DNA of 64,000 nucleotides from Lama guanicoe. Its lineage: Eukaryota. The notes below the pieces were generated by a model. The model did not search any database and was not told the DNA's origin. It saw only the letters and a list, made by a program, of their open reading frames with translations. Location: assembly GCA_013239625.1 (NCBI GenBank), contig MU054220.1, positions 5,750,626 to 5,814,625 of the forward strand. The letters run 5' to 3'. Below are positions 1 through 12,032 of this stretch, one piece after another. A program made the translations under genes and the position numbers. Position 1 is the first letter of the stretch, and each line of letters begins with the position of its first letter.

Positions 1-906
1 GAGAAAGCATATGACGGAGTTATAGTAGTTACTAAAGTTATTGTATCATTGTGTGTGACAAGTAAGAAAACGTTGTTTGCTTTTCCCCTTTAATGTCTGG
101 ACATTTCTCCATCCCCACACTGCCTCCCTGAGGAGTGCTGAGAATTTTGTTGTTTCTCAACACTGTTTGCTGAGAGAATGATCAATAACAGAAGTTGGCT
201 AAAATCATCATTTCCTATGGTGAATTTTGTTAAATGTCAACCATGTGAGATATTCTATGGAAAAATGGTTTCATGATTCTAGTTTGAGGAAAACTCCAAT
301 AGTGAATCTCTTTCTGCAGGTATGCAATGCTTTGTAGAACTTACAGTAAACCAACATTTTAGTGTGCTGGTAATTTTCCAAAACCATTGATGAAAGAAGC
401 TCTGTTTAGCCTGTGTAAAGCTTATCATTGTCCAGAATTATGTTCTATGAAGTAGAGAGAAACTGGTTTATAGAAACTGGTTAGGGAACTGGAAAGGTAT
501 GGACACATCACTTCACACATTTGTAGTGCAGAGAGCTGTAATTTCCCTTGATATCTTAAGGGCGGTGATTTAGGAAGGAATTAGTACTCATTCTTAGAAA
601 GCAGCATTTTCTCCTATATCCATCCTGACATAGGGAACATGGTAATTGGAAAAAAAAATAATTGTAATGATGTGGTTAATAAGGGTGCATGTTTTTATAA
701 CAAGGTTGTAAAGTTCTTCTTTATAGTCCTATAGTTTATATAACTCATTAATTTCTGTTTCAGTTTTGCTATTTTTGACAAGACTCAGAGATTCATTTGG
801 TGGTCCTAGGAAGAGTGAATTGAGTTTAAGATCCTGAATGACTGACTCTCCCAGGACACAGTATCTTTTGTGTTTTTGAAATCTTGGCTTTTTAAAAAGC
901 CAATCA

Positions 907-1136
907 CGAAATTTGTAGATTCTGACAGACATATGTAGAATAGATAAACAAGATTATACTGTATAGCACAGGGAAATATATACAAGATCTTGTGGTAGCT
1001 CACAGCGAAAAAGAATGCAACAATGAATATATGTATGTTCATTTATAAGTTAAAAATTGTGCTCTACACTGGAAATTGACACAATATTATAAAATGACTA
1101 TAACTCAATAAAAAATAGTAAAAAACAAATAAAAAT
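907..1136 (+). mobile_element. 5'-truncated lineage (camelid-type) L1 3' end
   Basis: L1 3'UTR motif (gaatagataaacaagattatactgtatagcacagggaaatat...), A-rich tail, 13-bp TSD aaaaagccaatca (894-906) / agaaagccaatca (1137-1149), TTTT/AAAAA endonuclease site. Confidence 0.9.
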
Positions 1137-1808
1137 AGAAAGCCAATCAGACCTATTGGCAAAGATGGGGGGATATATTCAACCCTTTGTGATAAAGGAT
1201 AAAGAATGAAAAGTGTCCAAAGAAAGGGTAGAGTAGAGGAGAAGCTGGAACCTCTCCACAAATGGGTCTTTTTCACTTCAAAGTTTTCTGTCCCATTAGA
1301 AGTTAATAAAGCTCTCTTCGAAAAAAGGAGCAGAAGGCCCTTTTTTTGCTTTGGAATTGAGGGAAAAATGTGGAAGCTACATCTCATATAACTCCTGGGG
1401 GAACCAATCTAAGGGGAAGCTGAGTTGAGGATTAAAATGAGAGTCAGAGCGAGTGTGTCTCTGAGCTCAGCATCAAATGATTGAAGCCACCTTTCCTCAG
1501 TGCTCCATGAGGCCTAATTTTAAAAGACCTACTTTCAGTAGCAGCAGTGTGTTGGGGAGAGCAACAGAAGCAATAGCATTAGTGGACCAATTAAATCTGA
1601 GACTCTCCCTGATTGGCCATGTAGTAAAATCAGTTGTTTGCATCAGCCTTTGTTCCCTTGTTTGTTTCAACCAGGGTGGTGGGGTATCCACTCTTTTCTT
1701 AGAGAAAAGTACTGAATTTGTTACTATTCTAGGTGTGATTTTGAGCTTTTAATAATTCCATTTTTAGCAATAAAAGAGATGAGAATCTACTTCTACTCCA
1801 TCTGTAGT

Positions 1809-2005
1809 GGAGCAGTTCCCATACTTATCACAGACTGAAATGACCTAGACAAAGTGGACAAAATGACTTAAAATACAGATTCCCTAGGGTTTTTTCCCCT
1901 CTAGAGATGCTGTTTCAATAGTGTGTGGAATCTGTTTTTAACAAGCTTCCCAGATGACAGTGAGGTAGTTGATCAGAGCACTGAAATTTGGAAAGGACAG
2001 TTCTG
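1809..2005. mobile_element. MER5-like hAT-Charlie MITE
   Basis: aaaatacagattccctagg...tttaacaagcttcccagatgacagtgag resembles the recalled MER5A/B consensus. Confidence 0.6.
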
Positions 2006-2323
2006 GGCCATTTATCATTTGAAATGGAGACGTAAATGGAGTATGTTCTATCTTCATAATTATGGTTGCCAGCCTAATGGTGATGTGGCTAAGTGTTGTT
2101 CTGGAAATTTAGATGGAGTCCTGAGGTTTGTGAAAACACCACTCACTCTTAAGTTTAACGAGTGATAATCATTACCATATGTATGTTACAATGCATTCAA
2201 AATTAAAATCATCATTTCTTAACCAGAGGATATAAAGCTATGTATGAAACCAGTCTATGCTGAAAAAATTGGAGAGTCTATTAATTAATTAGTTAGTTCT
2301 GTATCATCAATATACCTGAGGTG

Positions 2324-2520
2324 GGAGGCAGCCCAGTGTAGAGATAAGGACTGGATTTTGGAGTCAAAAAGACTTGAATTTAGATTCTGAGTCCAACGCT
2401 TCTTACCTATAGATGTCACTTCGCCTCTTTGAAACTTGTTTTTCATATTTATAAAACAGAGGTGGTAGGACCTACCTAAAGAGGTTGCTGTGAGGACTGC
2501 ATGGAACTAATGATGCTATA
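2324..2520 (+). mobile_element. MIR SINE
   Basis: ggattttggagtcaaaaagacttgaattt...tttttcatatttataaaa...ggttgctgtgaggact, MIR core. Confidence 0.8.
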
Positions 2521-3361
2521 AATTTCAAGAGACTGAATGAATCTCTTTGCTTACTGTTGACACTCCCGCTCCCACCCCAGATACCATGCCAGACACATAA
2601 CAGGCTGAAGGCACTAACTTTGATTAGCATGATCATTATATTTAGAGAGAATATTGTACTCACTTGTCAACACACCAGTAATTAAGTGCCTTCCTCTTCT
2701 CTGGTTTTTATGTGCCATGGGATTGTGTTTTCAATCCTATATGTACTCTGTTAACCACTCACCCATTCATCCATGGAGCTATAAACACAGCCAAGTAAAT
2801 GTTAAACCATGAACTGCCGTAACACTAATGAGAATCATGTCACTCATTTCCTCAGCTTAATGTGTGCATTTACCTCTAAACAGTCAAAAGGGAATTGAAA
2901 GGAAAATCACCAAAACACAATCAAGACCTCTCTTCTTCTCTTTCCCCACTCCCTATAAAGCACCCTCAATTAAAAAATATATATATACATATACATATGA
3001 CTAAATAAATATTTCATGGTAATAGCAAATTTTAATAATTGAAATCAGGACACTAAAGGGAAAAAATGAAAAAAAAAAAGCACTGTTTTCTTGCCTTTCC
3101 CTTGCCTTAGAAACTGACACACTAGTATGAATAAAACACTGGGGAAATCCCAGAGAGTAAAGAGGAAACCAGGTGGCTTATAAATAAATGGATACCATGA
3201 CTGTATCTATGTTTATATCTGTGTCTACAACATCTCTATGTATATCTCAAGTTAAAGATTATAATAGACTTTAGTAATTATAACACTTCATACAATACTT
3301 CAGACACCTAATATTGAATAATATTAAGGATAACCATATTCCCTGAAATATATGCAAATCA

Positions 3362-3390
3362 GTGTGTGTGTGTGTGTGAGTGTGTGTGTG
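3362..3390. repeat. (TG)n microsatellite
   Basis: Directly visible. Confidence 0.95.
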
Positions 3391-3440
3391 TTTAAGCAGA
3401 ATAGTAATATTTAGAAGGAAGGTTTTACTAGATTCCTTAA

Positions 3441-3485
3441 ACTTTACTTAAGTTAGAGCCACTTTACTTAAGTTAGAGCTACTTT
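3441..3485. repeat. 20-bp tandem duplication actttacttaagttagagc(c/t) x2
   Basis: Directly visible, 19/20 identical. Confidence 0.95.
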
Positions 3486-3699
3486 GGCCACTGACGTATA
3501 ATTAATGCTCTGAGACCAGTATTTTTAAAAAAAATATGGGGAGTAGAAAGTTAATTGCTATTTTTTGTTTTTAATGAGTCTCAAGAAAATTGTTCAACCG
3601 GACCAATAGAAGCACAGATGAGAAAGGGTGTCAGTTTTAATATAAGTTCCAAAATAGGGCAAAACGATCCCTTTCTTTTTTTCTCAGTACAATGAAAAT

Positions 3700-3812
3700 G
3701 TGTCTCTATCTCTGTGTCTCTCTGTCCCTGCCTGTCTCCCTCTGTCTCTCTGTCTCTGTCTCTGTCTGTTTCTCTCTCTCTTTCTCACACACACACACAC
3801 ACACACACATAC
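3700..3812. repeat. Compound (TC/TCTG)n-(CA)n microsatellite
   Basis: Directly visible. Confidence 0.95.
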
Positions 3813-4499
3813 ATAATTATAAGCATCTGGTGTGTAGACTATTTCTTATCCACATTATTTATTTCCCATAGTTTAGTGCTTGACATATATTTAAGGATCA
3901 ATTAAAAATTTGTTGCTTTTAAGTGAACTGAGTTAATATTAGAATAACATAGATAGCATTATTCCATATAAATTATAAATAGGTAAGAGTACTGTGTTCC
4001 AAAGAAGTTAGGGGATTAAATAATTTTCCCCAGAGACACGGCACGGGGGATAAATCTGGATGTGAGGGTGGAGTTTTACCTTTACCTGGAATTAATTGGA
4101 AGGGAGGAAATAAGTATAAACTCTCCACTTCCTGCCTTTCCTCTAGTTAAATGTGCAGCCACAAGAAGGACATAGACCAGCCCTCTACTCGGCAGGCTAA
4201 TGTGGGAATGTCCTTGAGATATACTTCATTCATTTGTATTTGGTTTTTAAATAATAATATAATAACTAGTAAAAATTTCCATTTGCCACCAAAAAAAGTC
4301 TAGCGAAGTACTAAGGAGTGAAAAATATTTACACCCAAAGCTTCTAATGGGGTTCTTATTTTCCTAAATATTGTCACCTTTCTGAAAGATAGAGAGTATT
4401 CTACCTACTGTAAAATAAACATAGCCTATGCTGATATAACCCCTTTTCTAAGTTCTAGAAGGGAACATACACTTGTTTGTGGTGCCATTATATATAGCT

Positions 4500-4705
4500 A
4501 TAACAACAGCTATCACTGATGTAATGTTTTTTATGTTCCAGAAACTGCATAAAAAGGCTTTGTGTTAGTTTGTTTTCAATAACTATGGGGTAGTTACTAT
4601 TACTAACTTCTTTGCACTATGAGGCTACTGGGGCTAAGCCACTGACCCCAGGTTATGTGAGCACTGAATGGCGAAGCAAGAATAAACTGAGCATCTCAGA
4701 CTGAA
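4500..4705 (-). mobile_element. MIR SINE
   Basis: Reverse MIR pattern (aactatggggtagttactattact...gaggctactggggct). Confidence 0.6.
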
Positions 4706-4764
4706 CGTGTAGACATGGATGGTGGCCCCCTGAGGGGCTCACTCTCAGAAATGAAGCCCCAACT

Positions 4765-4960
4765 TACACAGCAGAGACCTGGGGTTTTAGAGCCCGTCAA
4801 ACCTGGGTTCCAGTGTTTATGACCTGTGGACTATTGGGTTGGCATCCTGGTCAATTTGAAATCCCTGGCTTCCCCAGCTGGAAAAATGAGGCTAACAACA
4901 CATTTCAGCTTTGTTGGGCAGATTCAGTGAACTAATGTATTTTACTGACTATTTTCCAGA
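4765..4960 (+). mobile_element. MIR SINE
   Basis: aaacctgggttcc...cttccccagctggaaaaatgaggctaacaac. Confidence 0.65.
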
Positions 4961-5244
4961 AACATAGTGGTAGGTATGCAAAAGAAAAAAATCATTTCTA
5001 GATTTAAGGTTGTTTAGGCTTATCTAAAACATACCATTTACTAACAAATTGTCCCAATTAGGTTTATGGAGAAGTTTAAAGCTAGGTTGCTAAGAGACCA
5101 TCCACCCCGATAGAAATGCATTTCCATCTCCAAAGGACGGGCCCTTCCTTATTCTCAAATGTCTAATTGCCTGTTCTCTACCAATCAAAAGACTCTAGGA
5201 GGCTGAATCTATCTGATCTTCTCTGGTTTACCGCTGCGCATGCC

Positions 5245-5740
5245 CAATGATTCCCAAAGTATGTGCCAGGGCACCCTGGGGTGCCACACCAAACTCAGAG
5301 GAACCCATTGAGACATTTTAAATTGTTAGGAAAACACAGTAATACTCGACTTTAGTTAGACACTGTAGGGATCACTAGCTCAAAATGTTCACGTTCTGTA
5401 CAGTTACTATTTTTCTTTCAGTGGTGTCGTATCTTTGGGAAGCTGGGTTTTCAGCAGTTGACAGAATAAAGAAGGCAAGCCCCACGTGAAAGTCCACGTG
5501 CACAGGAAATGGGAGCGGCAGTGTCTGATCTGATTCCAGGCTTTGAAAAGTTGGGCAGTGCCCAACAGGTGCACACATCCCGGTGGCCACCACCACTTGT
5601 GGTCATTTAAGAAAGGAGACAGTTAATTTTTCTTTCAACTGATATGCATTAATTTTTCAAAGAGCTACTAAGTTGTCAGGACCTAACTACTTCTTAAGTC
5701 ATTTGGCTCTAACTACCTGATAAATGGAACTGTTAGGTAT
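5245..5740 (+). mobile_element. hAT-Charlie DNA transposon relic with decayed transposase C-terminus
   Basis: TIR-like start caatgattcccaaa; about 5427-5582 translates (with a frameshift) SYLWEAGFSAV...QEMGAAVSDLIPGFEKLGSAQQVHTS, typical of the hAT dimerisation region. Confidence 0.8.
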
Positions 5741-6924
5741 TTAACAGTCATTCTTCAAGTATGATTTGTGACCCACCTGCACCGCCATGATCGGAGGAAA
5801 CTTGCAATGAACACTCCTGAAACAGAAATTCTGGCATCTGCATAACTAACGAATTCTTTGGTTAATTCTTACACACGCTGGAGGTTAAAAAAAATCACTC
5901 ACCCAAATTCACATTTTTGTCCAACATCTCAGATAATAATTTTTTCCAACCCTCTTTTGTTTGAAAGATCTATATGCATCTTCAGGCCTCCCTACCACCC
6001 ACATCTAAAGAAAACCATCCAGCCCTCTTCTACCTTTCTGTTTTTAAAGTAACAGGAGCCACCAAAAAAAGACCCAAAAACACCAAAACCAGAAGGGCTC
6101 AGGCTGGAAGCCTGGGTTCTCCCTGTTATCATTGTTTATGGGAACAGCCAGGTAGTATTGATTTGTCACCTGATGATGTTAATTACCAGCCAAGCCTTCA
6201 GATTGTTGTTGTTGTTGTTTTTTCTTTCCCCTCCGCTCTCAGCTTGATCCTTGAAGTTTCAGCATGGAGTCAGGAAGCATTTAATGGAAAGGTAATCAGC
6301 CAAATCCTCCCAATTCAGAAGTTACTCCCTGGCCCCAAGCCTGTGCTTGGAACACCAGGGTATCTGTGCACCATGGGGAAACAATGTTTTACATAATGCT
6401 TCCCAGAGGGCCTGAAAAAGGTAATTACCCTCAACTGGTCCTTTCTGGAGTGCCTAGGAGCCACTTACGTACCACAGAGAGAATGGCCTGACTCATTATA
6501 TTTTTAAAGATTTGTTTATTCTTGTCAAAGACAAAAGCAAATAAGCAGAGGGGCGCTTGCTCCTGAGATGCCAACAAAGAGGATTTCTCTTCTCTTTTTT
6601 CTTTTAAGCAACAGCATCCTGTCTATGTCAGTGGAGGATGATGTTATGTGTGTTAGAGACACAGGTAATCTAGATTTGATTTGCATATTAACTTTTCTGC
6701 TTTCAATCAATAACTGTCTAACAGTCTTTGACTAAACATTCTGAAGTTGATTTTCAAAGAGGATTTGCATTTGATCATTTGAAGTGTTTTGCACAACAGC
6801 TGGTGTTTGGGGGGAAGAAACAGAAGGTGGTGTAAATGCCATACAAAGAGGATTTGAGTAGCTGTGGATAATGGTGGTCTTGGTCATAGACCACAGCTTC
6901 AAATCAAACTTTTGAGAGATGGTG

Positions 6925-7068
6925 TCAAGTGGTGGAGAGGGTAAGGGTGGGCGTCCATCTGATCTTGGGTTCTTGCTCTGCTCTTGAACAAATCACTTTC
7001 CCTTTACTAACCTTAGAATCTTTCACCTATAAATCAGATATAATGATACCTACCACATGAGATGTTGA
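6925..7068 (+). mobile_element. MIR SINE fragment
   Basis: cttgaacaaatcacttt...tttcacctataaatcagatataatgatacctacc. Confidence 0.65.
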
Positions 7069-7074
7069 TTCTCT

Positions 7075-7700
7075 TCTGAGTATCTCAAAATGTATCCACA
7101 TCCCCCGTCCCGACCATCACCCACCCTGTTAAGTATAGGCAGCTTTTTCCTGGCCCTCTCACCCACTTTTCCAGTTGTGCTTTGACCCATTCCATTTCCC
7201 AGACTATCACTGAACTCCGTGAAAATTTAAAAAAAAATCTTTATACCTCCAAAGGCTTAAAAGCATGTAATGGTTCCTCTGAGCCTTCGGTTTAAGGGAA
7301 TGTTGCTGTTCCCCAGTCTCATCTCCCACGGCTCCTTGCCTAAGCCTGTCTTCCAGCCACACCAGTATTTTGCTGCTTCCTCAGGTGCAGCAAGCACACA
7401 TTTACAACAAACCTTCACATTAGCTGCTGCTTTTTGCTGGAAATCTCACCCACTACTCATTGCCTGGGTATCTGCTTCTCATTCTTTCAGTATTAGAACA
7501 AATTTTTCATTTTCTAAAATTTCTCTTTATCCATGGAGATTTTAAGTGTCATTCCATGTGCTCCTATGTCACCTCATACATAGAATTTCTAGACAGAACT
7601 TCTACATTAGAACTTACCATGCAGTCTTGTAATTGTCTGTCTTGCACTTTAGAGTCAGGTTCACAAAGTTCAGGACCAGCTCTGTGCTGTGTTTAATAAA
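7075..7700 (+). mobile_element. L2 LINE 3' region
   Basis: ccagccacaccagt...ccttcacattagctgct...tgctggaaat, L2 hallmarks. Confidence 0.65.
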
Positions 7701-7857
7701 AGGCAGATTTTATCAGCATTATTATCTGCAAATAGAGGGTACTTCTCAATAAGATTATTGTATGAATTAGAAAAGGTTTTAAATGAAAAGCAACTGGAAT
7801 AGATACTCAACAAATTTGTTTCCCATATGTACTTACAGTGGGTTACAGGCTTATGTT

Positions 7858-7985
7858 TGATTCATTCATTCATTCATTCAAAAAATGTATAAACTGCCGT
7901 CATGTACTGGGTACTTTTTCAGGCACTGGAGGCACAGAAACTATAAAACACAGCCCTTCTTTTAAGGGTTCATCTAGTCATGGGA
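7858..7985 (-). mobile_element. L2 3' end
   Basis: (ttca)n tail followed by gtactgggtact...aggcactggaggcacaga. Confidence 0.75.
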
Positions 7986-8514
7986 AGTTTATGCAGCATG
8001 ACTGCAACTCTTCCCAGTTGATTTCATCAAGTTTTGTGAAGCAACTTTTTGCATTGGGGAAGCTAAGTTTCACCATTAAATATGGCTTGACGTTCAAAGA
8101 TCTGCTTTAGAACATATCCACATTATCAAACATGTTAAGTCTTCCCGGGGTTCCTTCTGAACATGTTCTTACCAACTCAATGAGCCCAACCAAAATCGAG
8201 CTGAGAAAACATGTGACGCTCTGTCAGGGGAGGTGGCCCAGCCCTAAGCGGTCCTTAGAGACTCTCTGCATCCCTGGAGCTCTTCCGTGTTCCCGTATTT
8301 GGTATGTATTTCAGGAATGCAAAAAAAAAAAAAAGGGAGTGGTGGGGTGCTGGGAAGGACAGTGAAAAAGCTCCTACTTGCTTAGGGGACTATGAGCGCT
8401 CGTGTGAACTCAGATCATATTTCCCATTTGCTTTACGGATGCTGCACTTCCAAGTGGGTGATGCTCACTGATTTTCTTTCCATGGACCACCATGCAGAGA
8501 ATGGAACTCTAATC

Positions 8515-9025
8515 TAATTCACAAGGATTTATTGAGTAACTGCTGGGTACAGTTACTGTGGCTGGGGCTGGAGATAATTGTGAACAAGACGATAACTTTT
8601 TCCTTCCTAAAGCTTTCAGTTCTGTGTGGGAGACTAACATTTTAAAACATAATCTGTAAAGTATATATTTAACCACAGCTTTAAAAAGTGCACCGTGGCA
8701 GATGACTGCAAAGTACTAAAAACAAAACAAAACAAAACACACACACATGAAATCTCACCTGATCTGTAGATAAAGAAAGACGAATGTGCTTATTTGCGGA
8801 GTCATGTTTAAAAGGTGAAACCTAAGTGTTGGAAAACATCACCTGGGCAAAAGAAGAGTTGGAGACTGAGAGAGCCTTCTGGACAGTGGAAACATTACAA
8901 GTAAATGCTAGCAATGAGAAAAAGCTTGGAGGGTTTGAGAAACTAAAAAGCCCGGAGGGTTGGAAAGGTAGAGGCAGACTAGGAAACTGGTCTAAAATGA
9001 GGCTTGGCAGGAAGGACAGGGGTCA
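8515..9025 (-). mobile_element. L2 LINE
   Basis: atttattgagtaactgct...ggggctggagata...gtgaacaagac. Confidence 0.75.
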
Positions 9026-9029
9026 GCCT

Positions 9030-9230
9030 GTGCTGAGCCAGGTCACATTCACGTTTAAGGCACTGTGCTAAGTGCTTTACATTTTAGTTGTCATAGCACC
9101 TTGTAGACATTACTGTTGTTCTCTGAAGGAACCAAAATTCCTGCAGGCAGCCAATGTGACTTGCCTGAGGTCTTTTAGCTAGGAGGTGAAGGACTGGGAT
9201 TTCAATCAAAGTCTATCTGATCGCAGATCT
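9030..9230 (-). mobile_element. MIR SINE
   Basis: ggcactgtgctaagtgctttaca...tgacttgcctgaggtc...ctgggatttcaatc. Confidence 0.75.
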
Positions 9231-9231
9231 C

Positions 9232-9308
9232 TCCTTCTTCTTTTTCTTCTCCTTCTCCTCTTCCCTGCCTCCTCTCCCTCTTCTTCCTCCCTCTCCTCCT
9301 TCTCCTTC
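9232..9308. repeat. Polypyrimidine (CT-rich) tract
   Basis: Directly visible. Confidence 0.9.
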
Positions 9309-10579
9309 TATTATTAAACTATATTACACTGCCTCTGTGCATATAAGGCATTAATGGTTTTCACTTGTCCTCAACTTTACCTCCCAGGAACCAGGGAAAG
9401 AAAATTCTTTTTCCATTCACCTATTTTACAGGACACCTCTTGCTTTACCTTTACGTGGCTTATCAGAATGGGGCTGCTCTGGAAACATACAGAGAGAGAC
9501 ATGTGTTCTCTGCCATGCAGAAAAACATTTGGTACTCCTGGACCCAGGGGCCCAGGGGCCCAGGGACCAGAGGGGTGCTCTGCAAGCACAGCAGCCTCTC
9601 CCGCTCCCAGGGACTTTGCCACCGCCTCGGGATTGTGAATTCATACCTTGTGTCTCCCTGAAATGGAGTAACTTTGTGCTTTAACAGCTCACTCAGGGCA
9701 TTTCATTCACTTTCCTTTCATATATTCAAATATGGTTTTCTTTTTCTGAGTCCAAGACTAAAGCAGAACTGAAAAAGTCATCTCATTAAGAAAAATTGTG
9801 CATCCCCACTACTCTGTGACACAACCTTCTCCCTCATCACAATCACTTTTTTCTTTTCTTCTGTAAGTACAGGATCCAACATTTACACAAATTAAAAAAG
9901 CTATGCCTAGAATAATCATTGCTGTAGGCTCAGCCGGGCTATTCTTCACTGCATTTGTGTTTGGAATTGCAGTCAAACTGAGTGAACTTCTTCCTTGCCT
10001 CTGACACAGCCTCTGCAGATTGTGAATTATGGCTAAATACCAAAGTGTTATTTAATGCAGCCGGGAAGGAATGGTGTGAATGATAGCCCATTACCACTTT
10101 ACACCCAGAGATCAGTCTCCAAGTGCAAGGCTATTCTCTTAGCCATGCCAGAAAAATTACACAGGGCTGCTACTCGTTTTTTATACCCCCCTTAGGCAAT
10201 GCTGGAGCAATAAACATGATGGGAATGAAGTCTTGCCATGTGTATCTAACAGCACCAAAGAGAGAGGCTAGCTCAGTGCTGACACAGCATTCAGCTTATG
10301 CTAAGGGTTTAGCACATTACCCAGCTCTCTTTTGCGGTATCACATTTTGGGCAGGAGTAGATTGTATATACCTGGTCACCAGCCCCCACATATATCCTGT
10401 TACCCAACTCAGCTCCTGCTGTCACTCTAAAAGGGAAGGGAAGCTTTATACTAAGCTCAAACTGTAGCCGTGTGGAGCGTATTTTCATGGTCCCTGAGCA
10501 GGTGGTGCCCTGGATAGGTCAAGACTTAAATATCTGCTATCCCAAATCCACATGCTCAGAATTCCCACCTCCAACTCCT

Positions 10580-11110
10580 TAGTAATGATTTTCAGCCATA
10601 TCTGATGTCCAGCCCATTCTATATGACCCCACCATCCATAGCTGATTGGCCCATAAGTGGATTTTTACCCCAAAGGAAGTCAATTTGCAAGTCTGTGGAG
10701 TGAACTGCAGTAAAAACTCTGCCAATCAGGTCCAACAGAGGCACACTGGATCCATTAGATCCTCTTCCTGGATAAATTATAAAGGTAAATGGAAGATTAG
10801 TAGAAGGACCTAAAGTAGATATGACAGGATATGCAGTGGATAGCTTACTGGGGATAATGACACCACCAGATAGAGATTAACAGACTCTCCTTGTGAAGGT
10901 ACGGAAGAATCAATGAAGTCAGAAGATATTTATTGAATATGGGGCACACTTTCAGTTGCTAAACTGAATTATCTCTGCTGGAATGCCTGCAACAATTTTG
11001 CTGTAAAGCATTTGTTGCCATTCAATAAATATCCATTGCTTAAGTTGCTTGAGTAACTTCTCAGATTTTTGCAACCAAAACCATCTAATTAACCCCATAA
11101 AAATACATGA
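10580..11110 (+). mobile_element. Old ERVL/MaLR-type LTR, subfamily uncertain
   Basis: gctgattggccca...ccaatcagg...ccattagatcctctt resembles old ERVL-class LTRs. Confidence 0.35.
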
Positions 11111-11213
11111 GAAGATACAACATATCCAGGACAGTGGTTCTTCCAAAGGGTCTTAAGTATGGAGTTTCTTCTTGTAACATCACTCCATTATTTTGTGGGG
11201 AGGGAGGTAGACA

Positions 11214-11371
11214 GATTCAGTTATACATATATATGTATTCTTTTTCAGATTCTTGTCCATTATATACATAACTGAATCACTTTGTTTAACACCAGAAACT
11301 AACACAACATTGTAAAGCAACTATACTTCAATTTAAAAATAAATAAATACAATAAAAATGATAAAAAATAA
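11214..11371 (+). mobile_element. Short L1 3' end with an inverted 5' segment
   Basis: 11214-11264 is antisense L1 3'UTR; 11265 onward is sense (ataactgaatcactttg...caactatacttcaa) plus A-rich tail. Confidence 0.85.
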
Positions 11372-11399
11372 ACTCAATGAGAGGAAAAAAATAAGATAG

Positions 11400-11626
11400 A
11401 GGGAGAATCCATCCTTAATTTGCCTTTTTGATCTAATTGGACTCCCAACAGATAGATGTTAGCCCGCATTGGTGAGGGCTAATCTCTTCCTTCAGTCTAC
11501 AGAATCAAATGCTAAACTTTTCTAGAGACTCCTTTCTATAAAGGAAATAATCCAGAAATAATGTTTTACTAGCTACCTGGGCATCCATTAGCCCAGTCCA
11601 ATTGATACATAAAATTAACCGTCACA
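11400..11626 (-). mobile_element. MLT2 (ERVL) LTR fragment
   Basis: Ends ...agcccagtccaattgatacataaaattaaccgtcaca, the reverse complement of the MLT2 5' end. Confidence 0.85.
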
Positions 11627-12032
11627 ACATACCTGTGAGAAAATAATCATGTATGACGAATGGTCATAGCAGAGTAAGCCATGACTTAGATGTAGGACCT
11701 GAATGGTGGACAGATTCGTGGTTCTAGAACATCCTGAATCCCTCCCTAACTCTACAATTCACCTCACAAGAGTATCTGCAAAGGACTCTGGTATAAAGGA
11801 AAAAGCTCTTTCATTGGAGTCTGGCAGCTCTTCTGTGGGAGCCCCTTGTGAGAAAGAGGTAAGTGAGAAGCAAAATCATTTCCCTGCAGATGGGGAAAGG
11901 AAAGGGGTCCAGAGGCCTGTAAGAGGAGTGGGGTGGCCTGAGAAGGGCAGGAACCTGGAGATTTCTGCACTGTACAGTCATGAACCTACACCTCTGCGCA
12001 GCAGAGCGATGGATCAGTGTGGGAGGAGAGCG

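Noticed and set aside
310..375. Possible exon after tttctgcag
   Set aside because: Weak donor, no recognisable peptide, and CAG/GTATGC is equally readable as a donor
459..495. Three short gaaactgg(tt)-like repeats
   Set aside because: Short local slippage, uninformative
4500..4960. Oppositely oriented MIR pair as a dsRNA stem (also about 51530-51900 and 55545-55850)
   Set aside because: The copies are too diverged for extended pairing
6543..6558. CTCF-like motif (agcagaggggcgct)
   Set aside because: The G-run is out of register with the core consensus; the same applies to the motif at about 23540
6575..6855. Repeat-spacer pattern as a CRISPR-like array
   Set aside because: Only three 12-bp repeats with 77-168 bp spacers, in a mammalian context with no cas genes
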